DNA of 64,000 bases. Origin: Candidatus Latescibacterota bacterium (GTDB lineage: Bacteria; Krumholzibacteriota; Krumholzibacteriia; WVZY01). The notes under the pieces were generated by a model. That model was not told the origin of the DNA. It worked only from the letters and a program-made list of their open reading frames with translations, and did no database searches. The stretch is taken from assembly GCA_963791045.1 (NCBI GenBank), contig CAWBQK010000006.1, positions 256,001 to 320,000 on the forward strand. Reading direction: 5' to 3'. Shown piece by piece: positions 18,860-29,141 of this stretch. How positions within the stretch are numbered: position 1 is the stretch's first letter; every line of letters begins with the position of its first letter. The translations under genes were made by a program, and so were the position numbers.

Positions 18860-20395
18860 TTACCGGATAAGCAGTGGGATCACAATCGCGTACGTGAGGA
18901 TGGCGACGAGGACGATGCCGATCAAATTGAGCCAAAGACCGGCGCGGGCCATCTGGTTGATCCGCACATAGCCCGACCCGAAGACGATCGCGTTCGGCGG
19001 TGTCGCAACCGGCAGCATAAACGCGCAGCTTGCGGCGATCGCCGCCGGGACGATTAGCATGTACGGGCTCAAGCCCAGCCCGGGCGCTACCGCAGCGAGG
19101 ATGGGGATGAGGGTCGCCGTCGTAGCGGTGTTGCTCGTAAGCTCCGTCAGAAAAATCATCATCGCGGTGACGACCACCACAAGAACCAAACCCGGCAGTA
19201 CGCCCAGTGCGGCAACTTGATTTCCAATAAACTCGCCGACGCCGTTGGAGCTTATAGCGGCGGCAAGGCTTAAGCCCCCGCCGAAAAGAACAAGTATTCC
19301 CCAAGGCAACCGAATCGCCGTCTGCCAGTCCATCGCGAAAACACGTTTGCGCGCATCGACCGGGATCACAAACAGAGCGAGTGCTGCGATCATCGCAATA
19401 CCCGGGTCGGTGAGCCCTCCGAATATCTGGACATCCGAGATGACGATCTTTTTCAAGAGTGGCCGGAGTATCCATGCCGAGGCAGCGACAACAAAAACAA
19501 AAAGCGTCGTCCATTCGCCGCGTTTCATTGGGCCCAGCTTGCTGTATCCTTTGCCGATCAGCATCGAACTGCCTTCGATGGTGTTAATGCGTATCGGATA
19601 GAGAACTCGCGTGATAAGCGCCCAAACGATGGGGAGAAACACGATGACGAGCGGGACACCGATTCCCATCCAGCGGACGAAACTGATTTCACGTCCAAGA
19701 TGAGTCTCGATGTATGAGGCGAGAAACAAATTCGGCGGAGTCCCGATCAACGTGCCGATCCCGCCGATGGACGCCGCGTAGGCGATCCCCAACAAAAGGC
19801 ACAACGCAAAATTGTGGCCTTCGCCCTCCGAAAAACTCCCGGTTTCATCGATGGTTTTGCCGCCCGCCTGCCGGAGAACGAGATCGATCACGCTCAGCGC
19901 GATGGGAAGCATCATGATTGTTGTTGCGGTGTTCGACACCCACATGCTCATGAACGCCGTCGCCGCCATGAACCCGAATACAACACGGTGCGGGTTTGTC
20001 CCGACGAGCCGGAGCGCGCCGAACGCGAAACGCCTGTGAAGTCCCCATCGTTCCATCGACAGCGCGATGAGGAAGCCTCCCATAAAAAGATATATCAGCT
20101 CGTGCGCGTAGGGTGCGGCCGTTTCTCGGATCGTAAACGCGCCAAAAAGCGGCAGAACGGCGAGCGGGAGGAGCGATGTCGCGTAAATGGGGATCGCCTC
20201 GGTCATCCACCATACGGCCATCCACACCGCCGCTCCGGTCGTTACGCGGCCGGCGTGTGTGAACTCGGCGATCTCGCCCGCGCCGTTTTGATACGTGGAT
20301 GGGAGGAGCGTGTAAACGATAAGCGCGAGGAATGGTCCCGCGATGAGACCGATCCACTGGACGGGCGAGTGTGCGTAACGGGTGCTTCTAGACAT
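18860..20395 (-). CDS. DASS/SLC13 sodium:dicarboxylate/sulfate symporter
   Basis: SMWVSNTAT, GTPPN, TELTSNTAT, FMLPVATPPNAIVF motifs; many TMs. Confidence 0.92.
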   Translation of the reverse strand: MSRSTRYAHSPVQWIGLIAGPFLALIVYTLLPSTYQNGAGEIAEFTHAGRVTTGAAVWMAVWWMTEAIPIYATSLLPLAVLPLFGAFTIRETAAPYAHELIYLFMGGFLIALSMERWGLHRRFAFGALRLVGTNPHRVVFGFMAATAFMSMWVSNTATTIMMLPIALSVIDLVLRQAGGKTIDETGSFSEGEGHNFALCLLLGIAYAASIGGIGTLIGTPPNLFLASYIETHLGREISFVRWMGIGVPLVIVFLPIVWALITRVLYPIRINTIEGSSMLIGKGYSKLGPMKRGEWTTLFVFVVAASAWILRPLLKKIVISDVQIFGGLTDPGIAMIAALALFVIPVDARKRVFAMDWQTAIRLPWGILVLFGGGLSLAAAISSNGVGEFIGNQVAALGVLPGLVLVVVVTAMMIFLTELTSNTATTATLIPILAAVAPGLGLSPYMLIVPAAIAASCAFMLPVATPPNAIVFGSGYVRINQMARAGLWLNLIGIVLVAILTYAIVIPLLIR

Positions 20396-20548
20396 TGCCT
20401 TCGCGACGGTTAAAGAAACGAGCCTTTTCCGTGTAAGGAATTCTGGAGTATTGGACGAATGATTAAAAGACTTTTTTGCCCCGCGATGGGAAAAGAATTC
20501 GAAATCGGGGTATGGATAAGTGGCGGGGAATCCGCGCGATTCGCCTAT

Positions 20549-20589
20549 AAAAAACCACCGGCACGCTTTCTCTGTCGAAAGTGTGCCGG
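20549..20589 (-). terminator. Intrinsic terminator
   Basis: CCGGCACGCTTTC / GAAAGTGTGCCGG stem preceded by an A-run. Confidence 0.6.
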
Positions 20590-20639
20590 CAGCCCGACTT
20601 CAGCGGTTTTCGCGAGCGCTGAGGAGTAACTCTTGCCTG

Positions 20640-21164
20640 CTAGAGGTTTCCTTTGACGAGCCGGATGTCATCGATCCAGGCGGTGCCCGTTCCGTCGATG
20701 ACAAGATTCAGCCTGACATTGTCCGGATTCTCGCCTCTCTTGAGCAGAAACGGTGTTTCCTGGGACGACCAATCGACGGTACCCGAGATCGGCGTGTGGA
20801 GGGCTCGCGAGAAATACTCGCCGCGCCCTTCGAACTGACACCACATTTCGAGGTACACCTGTCCGTCGACGTTCTCTGTTTTGATTTTTGCTTCGTATGT
20901 GATCCGCGCGTTTTCTATGTCGAGATCGCCTGTTTCGTACAACCGGAATGTTGTGGGTTCGGTAGCGGTTAACTTGAGTGACCCGTAACCGTCGCTCGAC
21001 GTGGCCTTGTCTGTTTCCACGCCGGAGCGGGTGAGCACTCCTTCGGTTGAATCCACCGGGTATCCGACTATATTTGTTACCTCGGATTGCTCATTCTGGC
21101 AACCGCAGTACAGCAGTGCGGCCAGAACGATGAGGCAGAGTATGACTTTCAAATTGATTTTCAT
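20640..21164 (-). CDS. Hypothetical lipoprotein, probable galactose-binding-like beta-sandwich
   Basis: Lipobox-like YCG-C; GTVDW...GTGTAWIDDIRL resembles CBM-like folds. Confidence 0.6.
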   Translation of the reverse strand: MKINLKVILCLIVLAALLYCGCQNEQSEVTNIVGYPVDSTEGVLTRSGVETDKATSSDGYGSLKLTATEPTTFRLYETGDLDIENARITYEAKIKTENVDGQVYLEMWCQFEGRGEYFSRALHTPISGTVDWSSQETPFLLKRGENPDNVRLNLVIDGTGTAWIDDIRLVKGNL

Positions 21165-21331
21165 TGTGGCTATTTCCTTGTCACTTTGAAGGGGACGAAA
21201 TACCACATTGCAAGGGGTATACCAGTCCGGAAATCAGATTGTGATATCGGACTGATTATTTAAACTTTTGTAATATAACAAGTTGTACCGTATCCGGAGG
21301 AGGATGTGGTAGCTGGTCGAGTGATTCCGTT

Positions 21332-21712
21332 CTAGTCACGAGGACGCGTGTACATGACTTCCACTCGGCCGCGCGGGCCGATGAACCAGGAGGCGAACCA
21401 GCTTGTGAGACCCACGATGATCGATCCAAAGAACGCGGGGAAGAAACCGCCCAGCGAAAATCCCCCAAGAAGTCCGGCGACTAGGGAGAGCATCGTCGCG
21501 TTGATTATGAGGAGAAAAATACCAAATGACAGAATCGTTATCGGGAGTGTTAGAAATACAAAAATCGGACGAATCACCGCATTGACAAAACCGAGGAGAA
21601 ACGCCGCGCCGAGAAGTGTCCAAAAGCCGGAGAAATGAATGCTCGGGATAAGAATCGATGCAACCCACAGACCCGCCGCCGTAATCAGAAGACGTAGGGC
21701 AAAACCTCTCAT
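21332..21712 (-). CDS. YvlD/DUF360 (holin-superfamily IV) membrane protein
   Basis: LGFVNAVIRP...LTLPITILSFGIFLLIINA signature; 4 TMs. Confidence 0.85.
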   Translation of the reverse strand: MRGFALRLLITAAGLWVASILIPSIHFSGFWTLLGAAFLLGFVNAVIRPIFVFLTLPITILSFGIFLLIINATMLSLVAGLLGGFSLGGFFPAFFGSIIVGLTSWFASWFIGPRGRVEVMYTRPRD

Positions 21713-21801
21713 CGTGACAATCCTTGTCGCTAATGTTGCGCCGCCGCCGTGTCACCGCGGTGTTGATGCCACCCTCACCCGGTCCACGCGAATAAACTGG
21801 C

Positions 21802-22521
21802 CTACGGCTTTGATTGCCTCGCCATGCGCTCGATTTCACCGCGAATTTCCGTGGCCGTGAAGAAGGGCCGCTCGAAAACAAAATACAAAATATCCTCATC
21901 CGCGCGGACGTGAAAACCCTCGGGATCGGCTGCGATCATCTGAGCGTATTTGGGTTGCGTCTCATGGAAGTAGCGGCACATGTCAATGAGCTCGGCGCTG
22001 TGATTCTTGTTGATATCTTTGGCTATGTCGGCCTCGTCGTTTTTCCAATTCGCAGGCGGAAGAAGCCATCCTTCTTTTGATAGCCAGTGGATGCGACCGA
22101 ACCCCGATACGTACCGCGCCTTGTGGGGCTCGATCCAGTAAAACTGGAAATCCGGGTTGCTTTCATTCTTGCGGCTTCCCGGGAAAAACGAAAAATAACG
22201 TTCCGCCAGAAGGGCATGCTCGGTGTCGGGAATCGGTTCTGCATTCCCCATGATACTCACCTTGCTGGTCGCCTGTTTGTCCTTCTCCTCCGGGTCGTAA
22301 ACGGTCAGGCACAGGCGCGAATCGGCCAGTATGTTCCGTGTGTGTTGAGCGAGTTCGCTCGTGTATATGACCGGCCGGCCTTCGTGCGAGGCGACAAAAG
22401 GAGTGAGCGATCCGAACGGATATCCTTCGATTTCCACCGAGTGCGTGGAAAGCACGCCCGCGTCCAACCGCCGGATGAGCGCGCGCGCGGCATCGGCCAG
22501 AGTGATTTTTCCTTGTTCCAC
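21802..22521 (-). CDS. HugZ-like split-barrel (PNPOx-like) protein with DUF2470 tail
   Basis: GVLSTHS..GYPFGS, LAQHTRNI, GFGRIHW. Confidence 0.82.
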   Translation of the reverse strand: MEQGKITLADAARALIRRLDAGVLSTHSVEIEGYPFGSLTPFVASHEGRPVIYTSELAQHTRNILADSRLCLTVYDPEEKDKQATSKVSIMGNAEPIPDTEHALLAERYFSFFPGSRKNESNPDFQFYWIEPHKARYVSGFGRIHWLSKEGWLLPPANWKNDEADIAKDINKNHSAELIDMCRYFHETQPKYAQMIAADPEGFHVRADEDILYFVFERPFFTATEIRGEIERMARQSKP

Positions 22522-22560
22522 ACCCCCCCCGTTTCGTTAAGTTGTGGCGTGGTGGATCCG

Positions 22561-22842
22561 TCAGTCGTTTCGGCTAAGTATCTCGATCAGGTGAAAACCG
22601 AACTGCGTTTTCACCGGTCCGTGGGCCTTGCCGATTTCTTCGGTGAATACGATGTCGTCGAATTCTTTGACCATACGTCCCTGATCGAACTCTCCCAGGT
22701 CGCCACCCTCCTGTCCCGAAGGGCACTGGGAGTGCTGCTTTGCGATCTCGGCAAAGTCGGCGCCGCCCTCTATCTGTTTCTTGAGGTCCTCGCAGGTCGC
22801 TTCAGAGTTGACCAGGATGTGTCTTGCATGTGCTTTGGGCAT
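22561..22842 (-). CDS. ppiC: Parvulin peptidyl-prolyl isomerase
   Basis: ARHILV, HSQCPSGQEGGDLGEF, GPVKTQFGFHLI; 93 aa. Confidence 0.92.
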   Translation of the reverse strand: MPKAHARHILVNSEATCEDLKKQIEGGADFAEIAKQHSQCPSGQEGGDLGEFDQGRMVKEFDDIVFTEEIGKAHGPVKTQFGFHLIEILSRND

Positions 22843-23036
22843 TAACCGGCTCCTTTTCCGTTGTTGGTTTCTCCTTTTAATAATAATTCGCTTATGGAGT
22901 CCTGTCGAGCCCCCAATTAGTAAACCGCATAAATTATTATAGAAGAGCGGGTAACGCCGTTTTGAGGGTTGATGCGCGGCCAGTTTGCGCTCGACAGGCC
23001 CACGGAATTGATTACCTTTCATAAAACGGAGGAAAA

Positions 23037-23855
23037 ATGTACGGAAGACAGATCAAATCCAGGTTTTCGGCGAGCGTGGCGTTGGCGGTCGTATTTACCG
23101 CCGCCGCGGCGATCCTTCTTGCACCGTGGGCGCCGGCTCGCGGGGAAAATACGGATGCAAATGCGCTTTTCACGGGGATGCTCGCCGATTACGTCGGTGA
23201 CGGACGGGTTGACTATGCTGCACTGTGTGGGGATGAGAGGCTCGGCGCGTATCTCGAGCGATTTTCGTCGACGGACCCTTCCAAGATCGAGAACCACAAC
23301 GACCGCTTCGCATTCTGGATCAATGCGTACAATGTTTTCACCTTGAAAATCGTCTGCGAAAATTACCCGCTCGAAAGCATAAACGATCTCCATCTCGGCG
23401 GTCTGGTTGTGGGGACGGTGCTGAATAAAACCGTGTGGGACAAGAAGTTTGTTGAAATCAATGGCAAGAAAATGAGTCTCAACCACATCGAGCACGAGAT
23501 CCTGCGAAAAGAATTCAAGGACCCCAGGCTTCATTTCGCCATTGTGTGCGCGTCGAAGTCGTGCCCGGCGCTTCGGTCGGAAGCGTATTCGGGAAGTCGG
23601 CTTGATTCACAACTCGACGACCAGGCGAGGATTTTCTTTGCCGATCCGGAGAAGAACACATTCGATGTGAGTGAGAAGAAAGCATATCTCTCGAAAATCC
23701 TCGATTGGTTCTCGAAAGACTTTGGCGACAATGACGAGGAGATTCTTATGTTCGTCAGCCGTTTTGTCGCCGCCGACCTGGCAGTCGAGATACGAAGCGA
23801 TCTCGACGAGTGGGACATCAAACACCAAGAATACGATTGGAGTTTGAACGACTGA
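23037..23855 (+). CDS. DUF547 domain secreted protein
   Basis: AFWINAYN, SLNHIEHEILR, DPRLHFAIVCASKSCP, YDWSLN. Confidence 0.9.
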   Translation: MYGRQIKSRFSASVALAVVFTAAAAILLAPWAPARGENTDANALFTGMLADYVGDGRVDYAALCGDERLGAYLERFSSTDPSKIENHNDRFAFWINAYNVFTLKIVCENYPLESINDLHLGGLVVGTVLNKTVWDKKFVEINGKKMSLNHIEHEILRKEFKDPRLHFAIVCASKSCPALRSEAYSGSRLDSQLDDQARIFFADPEKNTFDVSEKKAYLSKILDWFSKDFGDNDEEILMFVSRFVAADLAVEIRSDLDEWDIKHQEYDWSLND

Positions 23856-23888
23856 CGACTGTGGGTCGGGTGCGTGCTCGGGAGTGAC

Positions 23889-23924
23889 AAAAAAGAAGGG
23901 GCGATTTCTCGCCCCTTCTTCTTT
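23889..23924. terminator. Bidirectional intrinsic terminator
   Basis: AAGAAGGGGCGA-tttc-TCGCCCCTTCTT with A-run left and T-run right, between convergent genes. Confidence 0.85.
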
Positions 23925-23948
23925 AGATACCCGAAAGCAACGGAGAGA

Positions 23949-26948
23949 CTATTTTTTGCCCCCGCGGCCTTTGGATTCCATGTCCTTCAGGTCGCGGCCT
24001 GTCGGAGGATGGATCTGGAAGTTGCCACCGTCGATGTAACCGGATACTTCGTACATCACCGGGTAGCTGTCATCCGGACCTTCATAGATTCTGATCCGGT
24101 AGAAGTCCGGGCATTCGCAGTCGGCAAGCTCGGTGCCGCTGTTGCGGCCGAAACCGTCGACATCGCAGATCTCCGAGGGCGGATCTACTTTGCCGGCTTT
24201 TCCGGGTTCGCCGAGATCATCAATGTTGACCTCGAACCAGTGCATGCTTTCACCGACGACGATATAGTTTTCGAGCGATGGAGGCAGGCCCTTGGTGTTC
24301 TTGAACGTGCCAACACCGGCGAAGTCGAGCTGTTTGGCGGGAGCTGGGCGTGCCTGTTTGCACCATCCCGGATCCATGCACTCAATCCAGTCGATTTCGG
24401 TTCCCGGAGGCGCGCTTGCCGTTCCGGCGTGGAACGTAAACGAACCGGCTGGGCCGCGCTTCTGGGTGTGAGTCCACTCGCCGTACGGCTGAGGCTGACT
24501 GGCGATAGGCGCACCGGCCTGGCCGCCACACGTATGGACGTTGGTACCCTCTCCGCGGTCGGGATGGACTTCTGGTGACGTGTCATTGGCGCCACCGGTC
24601 ATCCGGCAGCCGATGAACACCTGTGGCTCAAACATACCGGCATCCCACGTCGGATCGTGTTCGCCGGGGTCGAGGGTCGTGCATGCCGCGACACCCGAAG
24701 TTTCATCGGCATCGCTGTCGAGCGCGTCGTCGGCGCCCTGATCCTGCGGGCTGAAGACGAGGCCCGGAACAAGCGCGAACTGGACGAAGTAATCGCCCGG
24801 CATCAGGTCGTCGAACAGGTAGTACCCGTTGACATCGGTCGTCGTGGTGAAGAGCGGCGTAGACTCTCCACACCTGAAGAGGTGTACGGTCGCGCCCTGG
24901 ATTCCCATTTCACCGGAGTCCTGAATGCCGTCTTCGTTGTCGTCGTACCAGACGAAGTCACCGATTGAGGCGAGAGGAATGTACATACCCGCATCCCACG
25001 TGAGGTCGGTCTCACCGGGGGAGAGGGTTGTACAAATCGTCATTCCGGTCGTCTCATCCGCGTCGCTGTCGAGAGCGTCGTCGGCGCCCTGATCTTGCGG
25101 GCTGAAGACGTGATCGGCAAGCGGCGTGAATTTGACGAAGTAATCGCCCGGCTGGAGGTTGTCGAACAGATAGTAACCGGAGGCGTTAGTCACCATCGAC
25201 GCCATCGGCGTGGTCGCTCCACACGCGAACAATTCAACCGTCACACCGGGAATCCCGTTTTCGCCGGAATCCTGGATGCCGTCCTCGTTCATGTCATACC
25301 AGACGTAGTCGCCAATTGCGGCGAGAGGAATGTACATGCCCGCATCCCACGTGAGGTCGGTCTCATTCGGATCGAGGGTTGTACAAATCGTCATTCCGGT
25401 CGTCTCATCCGCGTCGCTGTCCTTCGCGTCGTCGGCGCCCTGATCTTGCGGGCTGAAGACGTGATCGGCAAGCGGCGTGAACTTAACGAAGTAATCTCCT
25501 GGCTGGAGATCGTCAAAGAGATAGTAACCGGTCGCGTTGGTCACCATTGAAGCCATCGCGGTCGTCTGACCGCACTGGAACAATTCGACCGTCACGCCGG
25601 GGATCCCGTTCTCGCCGGAATCCTGGATGCCGTCCTCGTTCATGTCATACCAGACGTAGTCGCCAATTGCGGCGAGAGGCAGGTACATGCCCGCGTCCCA
25701 TGTCATGTCATTTTCACCCGGATCGAGGGTCGTGCAGATCGTCCGGCCCGTGGCCTGATCCGCGTCGCTGTCGAGCGCGTCGTCGCCACCCTGATCCTGC
25801 GGGCTGAAGACATATCCACTCGGAAGAATGAATTCGACGAAGTAATCGCCGGGCATCAGATCGTCAAACAGGTAGAGTCCGCTGGCGTCGGTGAGCATTG
25901 TCGCCATCGCAGTGGTTTCTCCGCACACGTACAGGTTGACGGTGACGCCGGGGATTCCCGGTTCGCCGGAATCCTGGATGCCGTCCTGATTTAGGTCGTG
26001 CCATACAAAGTCGCCCAGTGAGGCGAGCTCGATGGGGACCGAGAGCCCCGCGCAGATCCACGCCAGCGAGGCGGGATTGGCATTGGGGTAGGCGCTCGAT
26101 GCATCCGCTTCGGAGAGACACTGAACGGTGAGTTCGGTAGCGCCTGCCGGGATCGTTACGTCGAACCGGTCCGCGTCGAAATCGCGGCCATCGTTATCGG
26201 CAAACGGATCGACGATTCTGGTGGTAACCGCGCCGACCGTTACTTCGACCACGTTGGGTCGCTCCTCCTGAACGCTGCTCGCAAACATGGCGAGCTGAGC
26301 GTTACGTGCAACGGTAGCCGGCAAGAACGTAAACGTCTGCGGCTCGGTCGTGTCGAGCGGTGGAGCAAAGTTCCAGTACGCCAGATCGTTTCCGTCGTTG
26401 ACGAACAGTTCGGTGGCGCCTGAGCCGTCGTCATAAATGACGAGCATGCCCGCACCGTTATTTTTTTCGAAATCCATGCCGCCGACCGAGATGTTATTGT
26501 TCCCGGCGGTGACAAGGCCAAGGCTCGTGATGTCGGCCCGATAGGACGAGCTGTATGCTTCGTTGAAGAACAGCGTCGGACCGCCGATAAGCGTGCCCGA
26601 AACCGGGTTGCCGCCGACAGTTATCTGGGCGTCGCCGGTTGCGGTTGGGTTGTGGCCTTCCCAGTAGACGATGACCTGCTCGACGCTGGCGCCGGCGGGA
26701 ACGTCGACTGTAATGGTGCCCGGCTGGCCGGTGCCTTCGGCACGCAGGCCCACGCCGCCAACCGCGAAGCCGGTGCCGTCGGCGATCGGTATCGTCGCCG
26801 GACCGAGGTCCTCGCTTCCGTCTAGAGCTGACATCAGGAGGCCGGTCTGTGAGGACGGCGCCTGAATCAGGTCTGGTTCTTCGCTACAGCCAAAGGCCAC
26901 AAGGCCCAGGACCACAACGAGAGCCACATATCTCGTGATGAATTTCAC
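23949..26948 (-). CDS. Surface lipoprotein with four SdrD B-like domains
   Basis: Lipobox AFG-C; four GDxVWxDxNxDGIQD...WDAG repeats; Cys-containing C-terminal domain. Confidence 0.85.
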   Translation of the reverse strand: MKFITRYVALVVVLGLVAFGCSEEPDLIQAPSSQTGLLMSALDGSEDLGPATIPIADGTGFAVGGVGLRAEGTGQPGTITVDVPAGASVEQVIVYWEGHNPTATGDAQITVGGNPVSGTLIGGPTLFFNEAYSSSYRADITSLGLVTAGNNNISVGGMDFEKNNGAGMLVIYDDGSGATELFVNDGNDLAYWNFAPPLDTTEPQTFTFLPATVARNAQLAMFASSVQEERPNVVEVTVGAVTTRIVDPFADNDGRDFDADRFDVTIPAGATELTVQCLSEADASSAYPNANPASLAWICAGLSVPIELASLGDFVWHDLNQDGIQDSGEPGIPGVTVNLYVCGETTAMATMLTDASGLYLFDDLMPGDYFVEFILPSGYVFSPQDQGGDDALDSDADQATGRTICTTLDPGENDMTWDAGMYLPLAAIGDYVWYDMNEDGIQDSGENGIPGVTVELFQCGQTTAMASMVTNATGYYLFDDLQPGDYFVKFTPLADHVFSPQDQGADDAKDSDADETTGMTICTTLDPNETDLTWDAGMYIPLAAIGDYVWYDMNEDGIQDSGENGIPGVTVELFACGATTPMASMVTNASGYYLFDNLQPGDYFVKFTPLADHVFSPQDQGADDALDSDADETTGMTICTTLSPGETDLTWDAGMYIPLASIGDFVWYDDNEDGIQDSGEMGIQGATVHLFRCGESTPLFTTTTDVNGYYLFDDLMPGDYFVQFALVPGLVFSPQDQGADDALDSDADETSGVAACTTLDPGEHDPTWDAGMFEPQVFIGCRMTGGANDTSPEVHPDRGEGTNVHTCGGQAGAPIASQPQPYGEWTHTQKRGPAGSFTFHAGTASAPPGTEIDWIECMDPGWCKQARPAPAKQLDFAGVGTFKNTKGLPPSLENYIVVGESMHWFEVNIDDLGEPGKAGKVDPPSEICDVDGFGRNSGTELADCECPDFYRIRIYEGPDDSYPVMYEVSGYIDGGNFQIHPPTGRDLKDMESKGRGGKK
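24624..26027 (-). repeat. Four 351-bp (117-aa) intragenic tandem repeats
   Basis: Anchor GCGAG recurs at 24970, 25321, 25672 and 26023 (period 351). Confidence 0.9.
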
Positions 26949-27176
26949 GGAGAAACCCCCTTTTTGGAGATAATTAAAACTTGCCCTGAAGTTGCCGCTT
27001 AAGGGCGCGAAGGCAGCGATATCGCTACTGCACCGGAGACGATCATACCACAGAAAACCCGCATTCGTATAGGCTAAAATGCCTGTCGTTAAACTTCATA
27101 CACCATACCAACACTATTTGTCGTATACTTTCGCCGACGTTTTATAAAGCCGAAACCTTCTACACAGGAGAATCCG

Positions 27177-28780
27177 ATGGCTGATTTTACGTATGAGCCA
27201 ATGTTTCGCATGGGAGAGGACAAAACCGAGTACAAGCTGCTTTCAAAAGAAGGGGTTTCGACCGCTTCGTTCGAGGGCAAGGATGTGCTCAAGGTTGAGG
27301 CGGAGGCGCTCTCCGAGCTGGCCCGTCAGGGTTTCAGCGACATCAATTATCTCTTCCGGACCGAGCATCTCCAGTCGCTCCGGAATATCATTGAGGACCC
27401 CGAGGCGTCGGATAACGACCGTTATGTGGCGCTGACGCTCCTTCAGAACGCCGTGGTTTCGTCGGCGCGAACTCTTCCCAGCTGTCAGGACACCGGAACG
27501 GCGATTGTGTTCGCAAAAAAGGGTCAGAGGGTGTGGACGGACTTCGATGACGAGGAGGCACTTGAGCCGGGGAATATTCAAGACGTATACCGGCGAGTAT
27601 CTCCGGTATTCACAGAATGCCGCGCTCAGTATGTACGAAGAGAAGAACACGGGGACGAACCTTCCCGCCCAGATTGACATTCTTGCCGACACGGGGAATG
27701 AATACAAATTGCTATTCGTTGCCAAGGGCGGCGGGTCGGCCAACAAGATGTTTCTCTTCCAGGAGACCAAGGCCATTCTCAATCCCACACGTCTCCCCGA
27801 ATATATTGGTGAAAAGCTCCGGCTTCTCGGAACAGCGGCGTGCCCGCCATATCACCTTGCCGTTGTTATCGGCGGAACATCAGCGGAGACGACGATGAAA
27901 ACGCTCAAGCTGGCGTCAGCGCATTACTATGATGAGCTGCCGACGCAGTGGCAACGAGTTCGGATCCGCCTTCCGGGATCCCGGACTCGAGGCCAGGTTC
28001 TGAACAGGCGTCGCAGCTTGGGATCGGCGCTCAGTTCGGCGGCAAGTATTTTGCGCACGATGTGCGTGTGATTCGTCTGCCCCGCCATGGGGCTTCGCTT
28101 CCCGTGGGATTGGGTGTGAGCTGCAGCGCGGACCGCAGCCCGAGCGAAAATCACACGCGACGGTGTTTTTATCGAAAAACTCGAAACCGATCCCGCGCGG
28201 TTTCTTCCCGATCCAAAATTCATCAACGAAGGCGATGCCGTCAAGGTGGATCTCAACAAACCGATGAACGAGATTCGTGCGAACTATCAAGTACCCGATC
28301 AAGACACGAGTGAGTCTCACCGGCAAGCTGATCGTCGCCCGCGACATGGCCCACGCTCGTTTCAAAGAGATGCTCGACCGCGGCAAGGAACTTCCACAGT
28401 ACTTCAAGGATCATCCCGTTTACTATGCCGGTCCGGCGAAAAACCCGAAGGGATTGCCATCGGGGAGCTTCGGCCCGACGACAGCGGCGCGGATGGATCC
28501 TTACGTGGACGAATTCCAGAAACAGGGCGCGTCGATGATGATGCTTGGCGAAAGGGAACCGTTCGAAGGGAGTAACGGACGCGTGCAATGCCAACGGCGG
28601 ATTCTATCTCGGTTCGATTGGCGGACCGGCGGCGATTCTCGCGCACGTGAACATTAAGGATGTGCGTGTGTTGGACTTTGAGGATCTCGGAATGGAAGCG
28701 GTGTGGGAGATCACGGTGGAGGATTTCCCAGCGTTCATCGTTGTCGATGACAAGGGCAACGACTTCTACGCGCAGATCTA
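27177..28780 (+). CDS. fumA: Class I (Fe-S) fumarate hydratase, multiple frameshifts
   Basis: [70 protein letters not shown] spread over at least five overlapping ORFs. Confidence 0.85.
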
Positions 28781-28820
28781 GCGCGGGTCGTCCGGTGCAG
28801 TCATTCGAAAAGAGAAGGTA

Positions 28821-29134
28821 CGGGTGGCCGTTCACGATCTGGGTAGTTGAAGCGTCTGAGCTTAACAACCCACACTCGCTTCGCTCGCCGGCGGGGCCCC
28901 CGAGGCGGCGCAGCGTCGCGGAGTGCGGGTGGCGTGCACGGTGCTCTTGTCGACGAACCAGTGGTCGTGTCGTGACCGGAGCTACTATCAGCGAATAAGC
29001 GATCCGCACGAAGCTTAAGCGAGCACGCCCGGGCTAGCCATTCAAGCTATCGAAGCTTCCGAGGCAAGCACCCCGCACGTCGCTTCGCTCCGGGTGGCCG
29101 ATGACAGGACCCGTACCGGGCCGGAGAAAGACCC
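28821..29134. repeat. Dispersed structured intergenic repeat, module B copy 1
   Basis: Close match to 40975-41227 plus an internal insert of about 60 nt; several hairpins; between convergent genes. Confidence 0.9.
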
Positions 29135-29141
29135 CACCGCG

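Noticed and set aside
21332-21712. Holin-family gene as evidence of a prophage
   Set aside because: YvlD/DUF360 genes are ordinary chromosomal genes, and no phage genes are nearby
28660-28998. Similar ORFs at 28660-28998 and 40907-41311 (GWPFTIWVVEA...)
   Set aside because: The similarity comes from the DNA repeat; starts and ends differ and overlap real genes
28821-29134. Repeat as a CRISPR array or IS element
   Set aside because: No repeat-spacer periodicity, no cas genes and no transposase ORF
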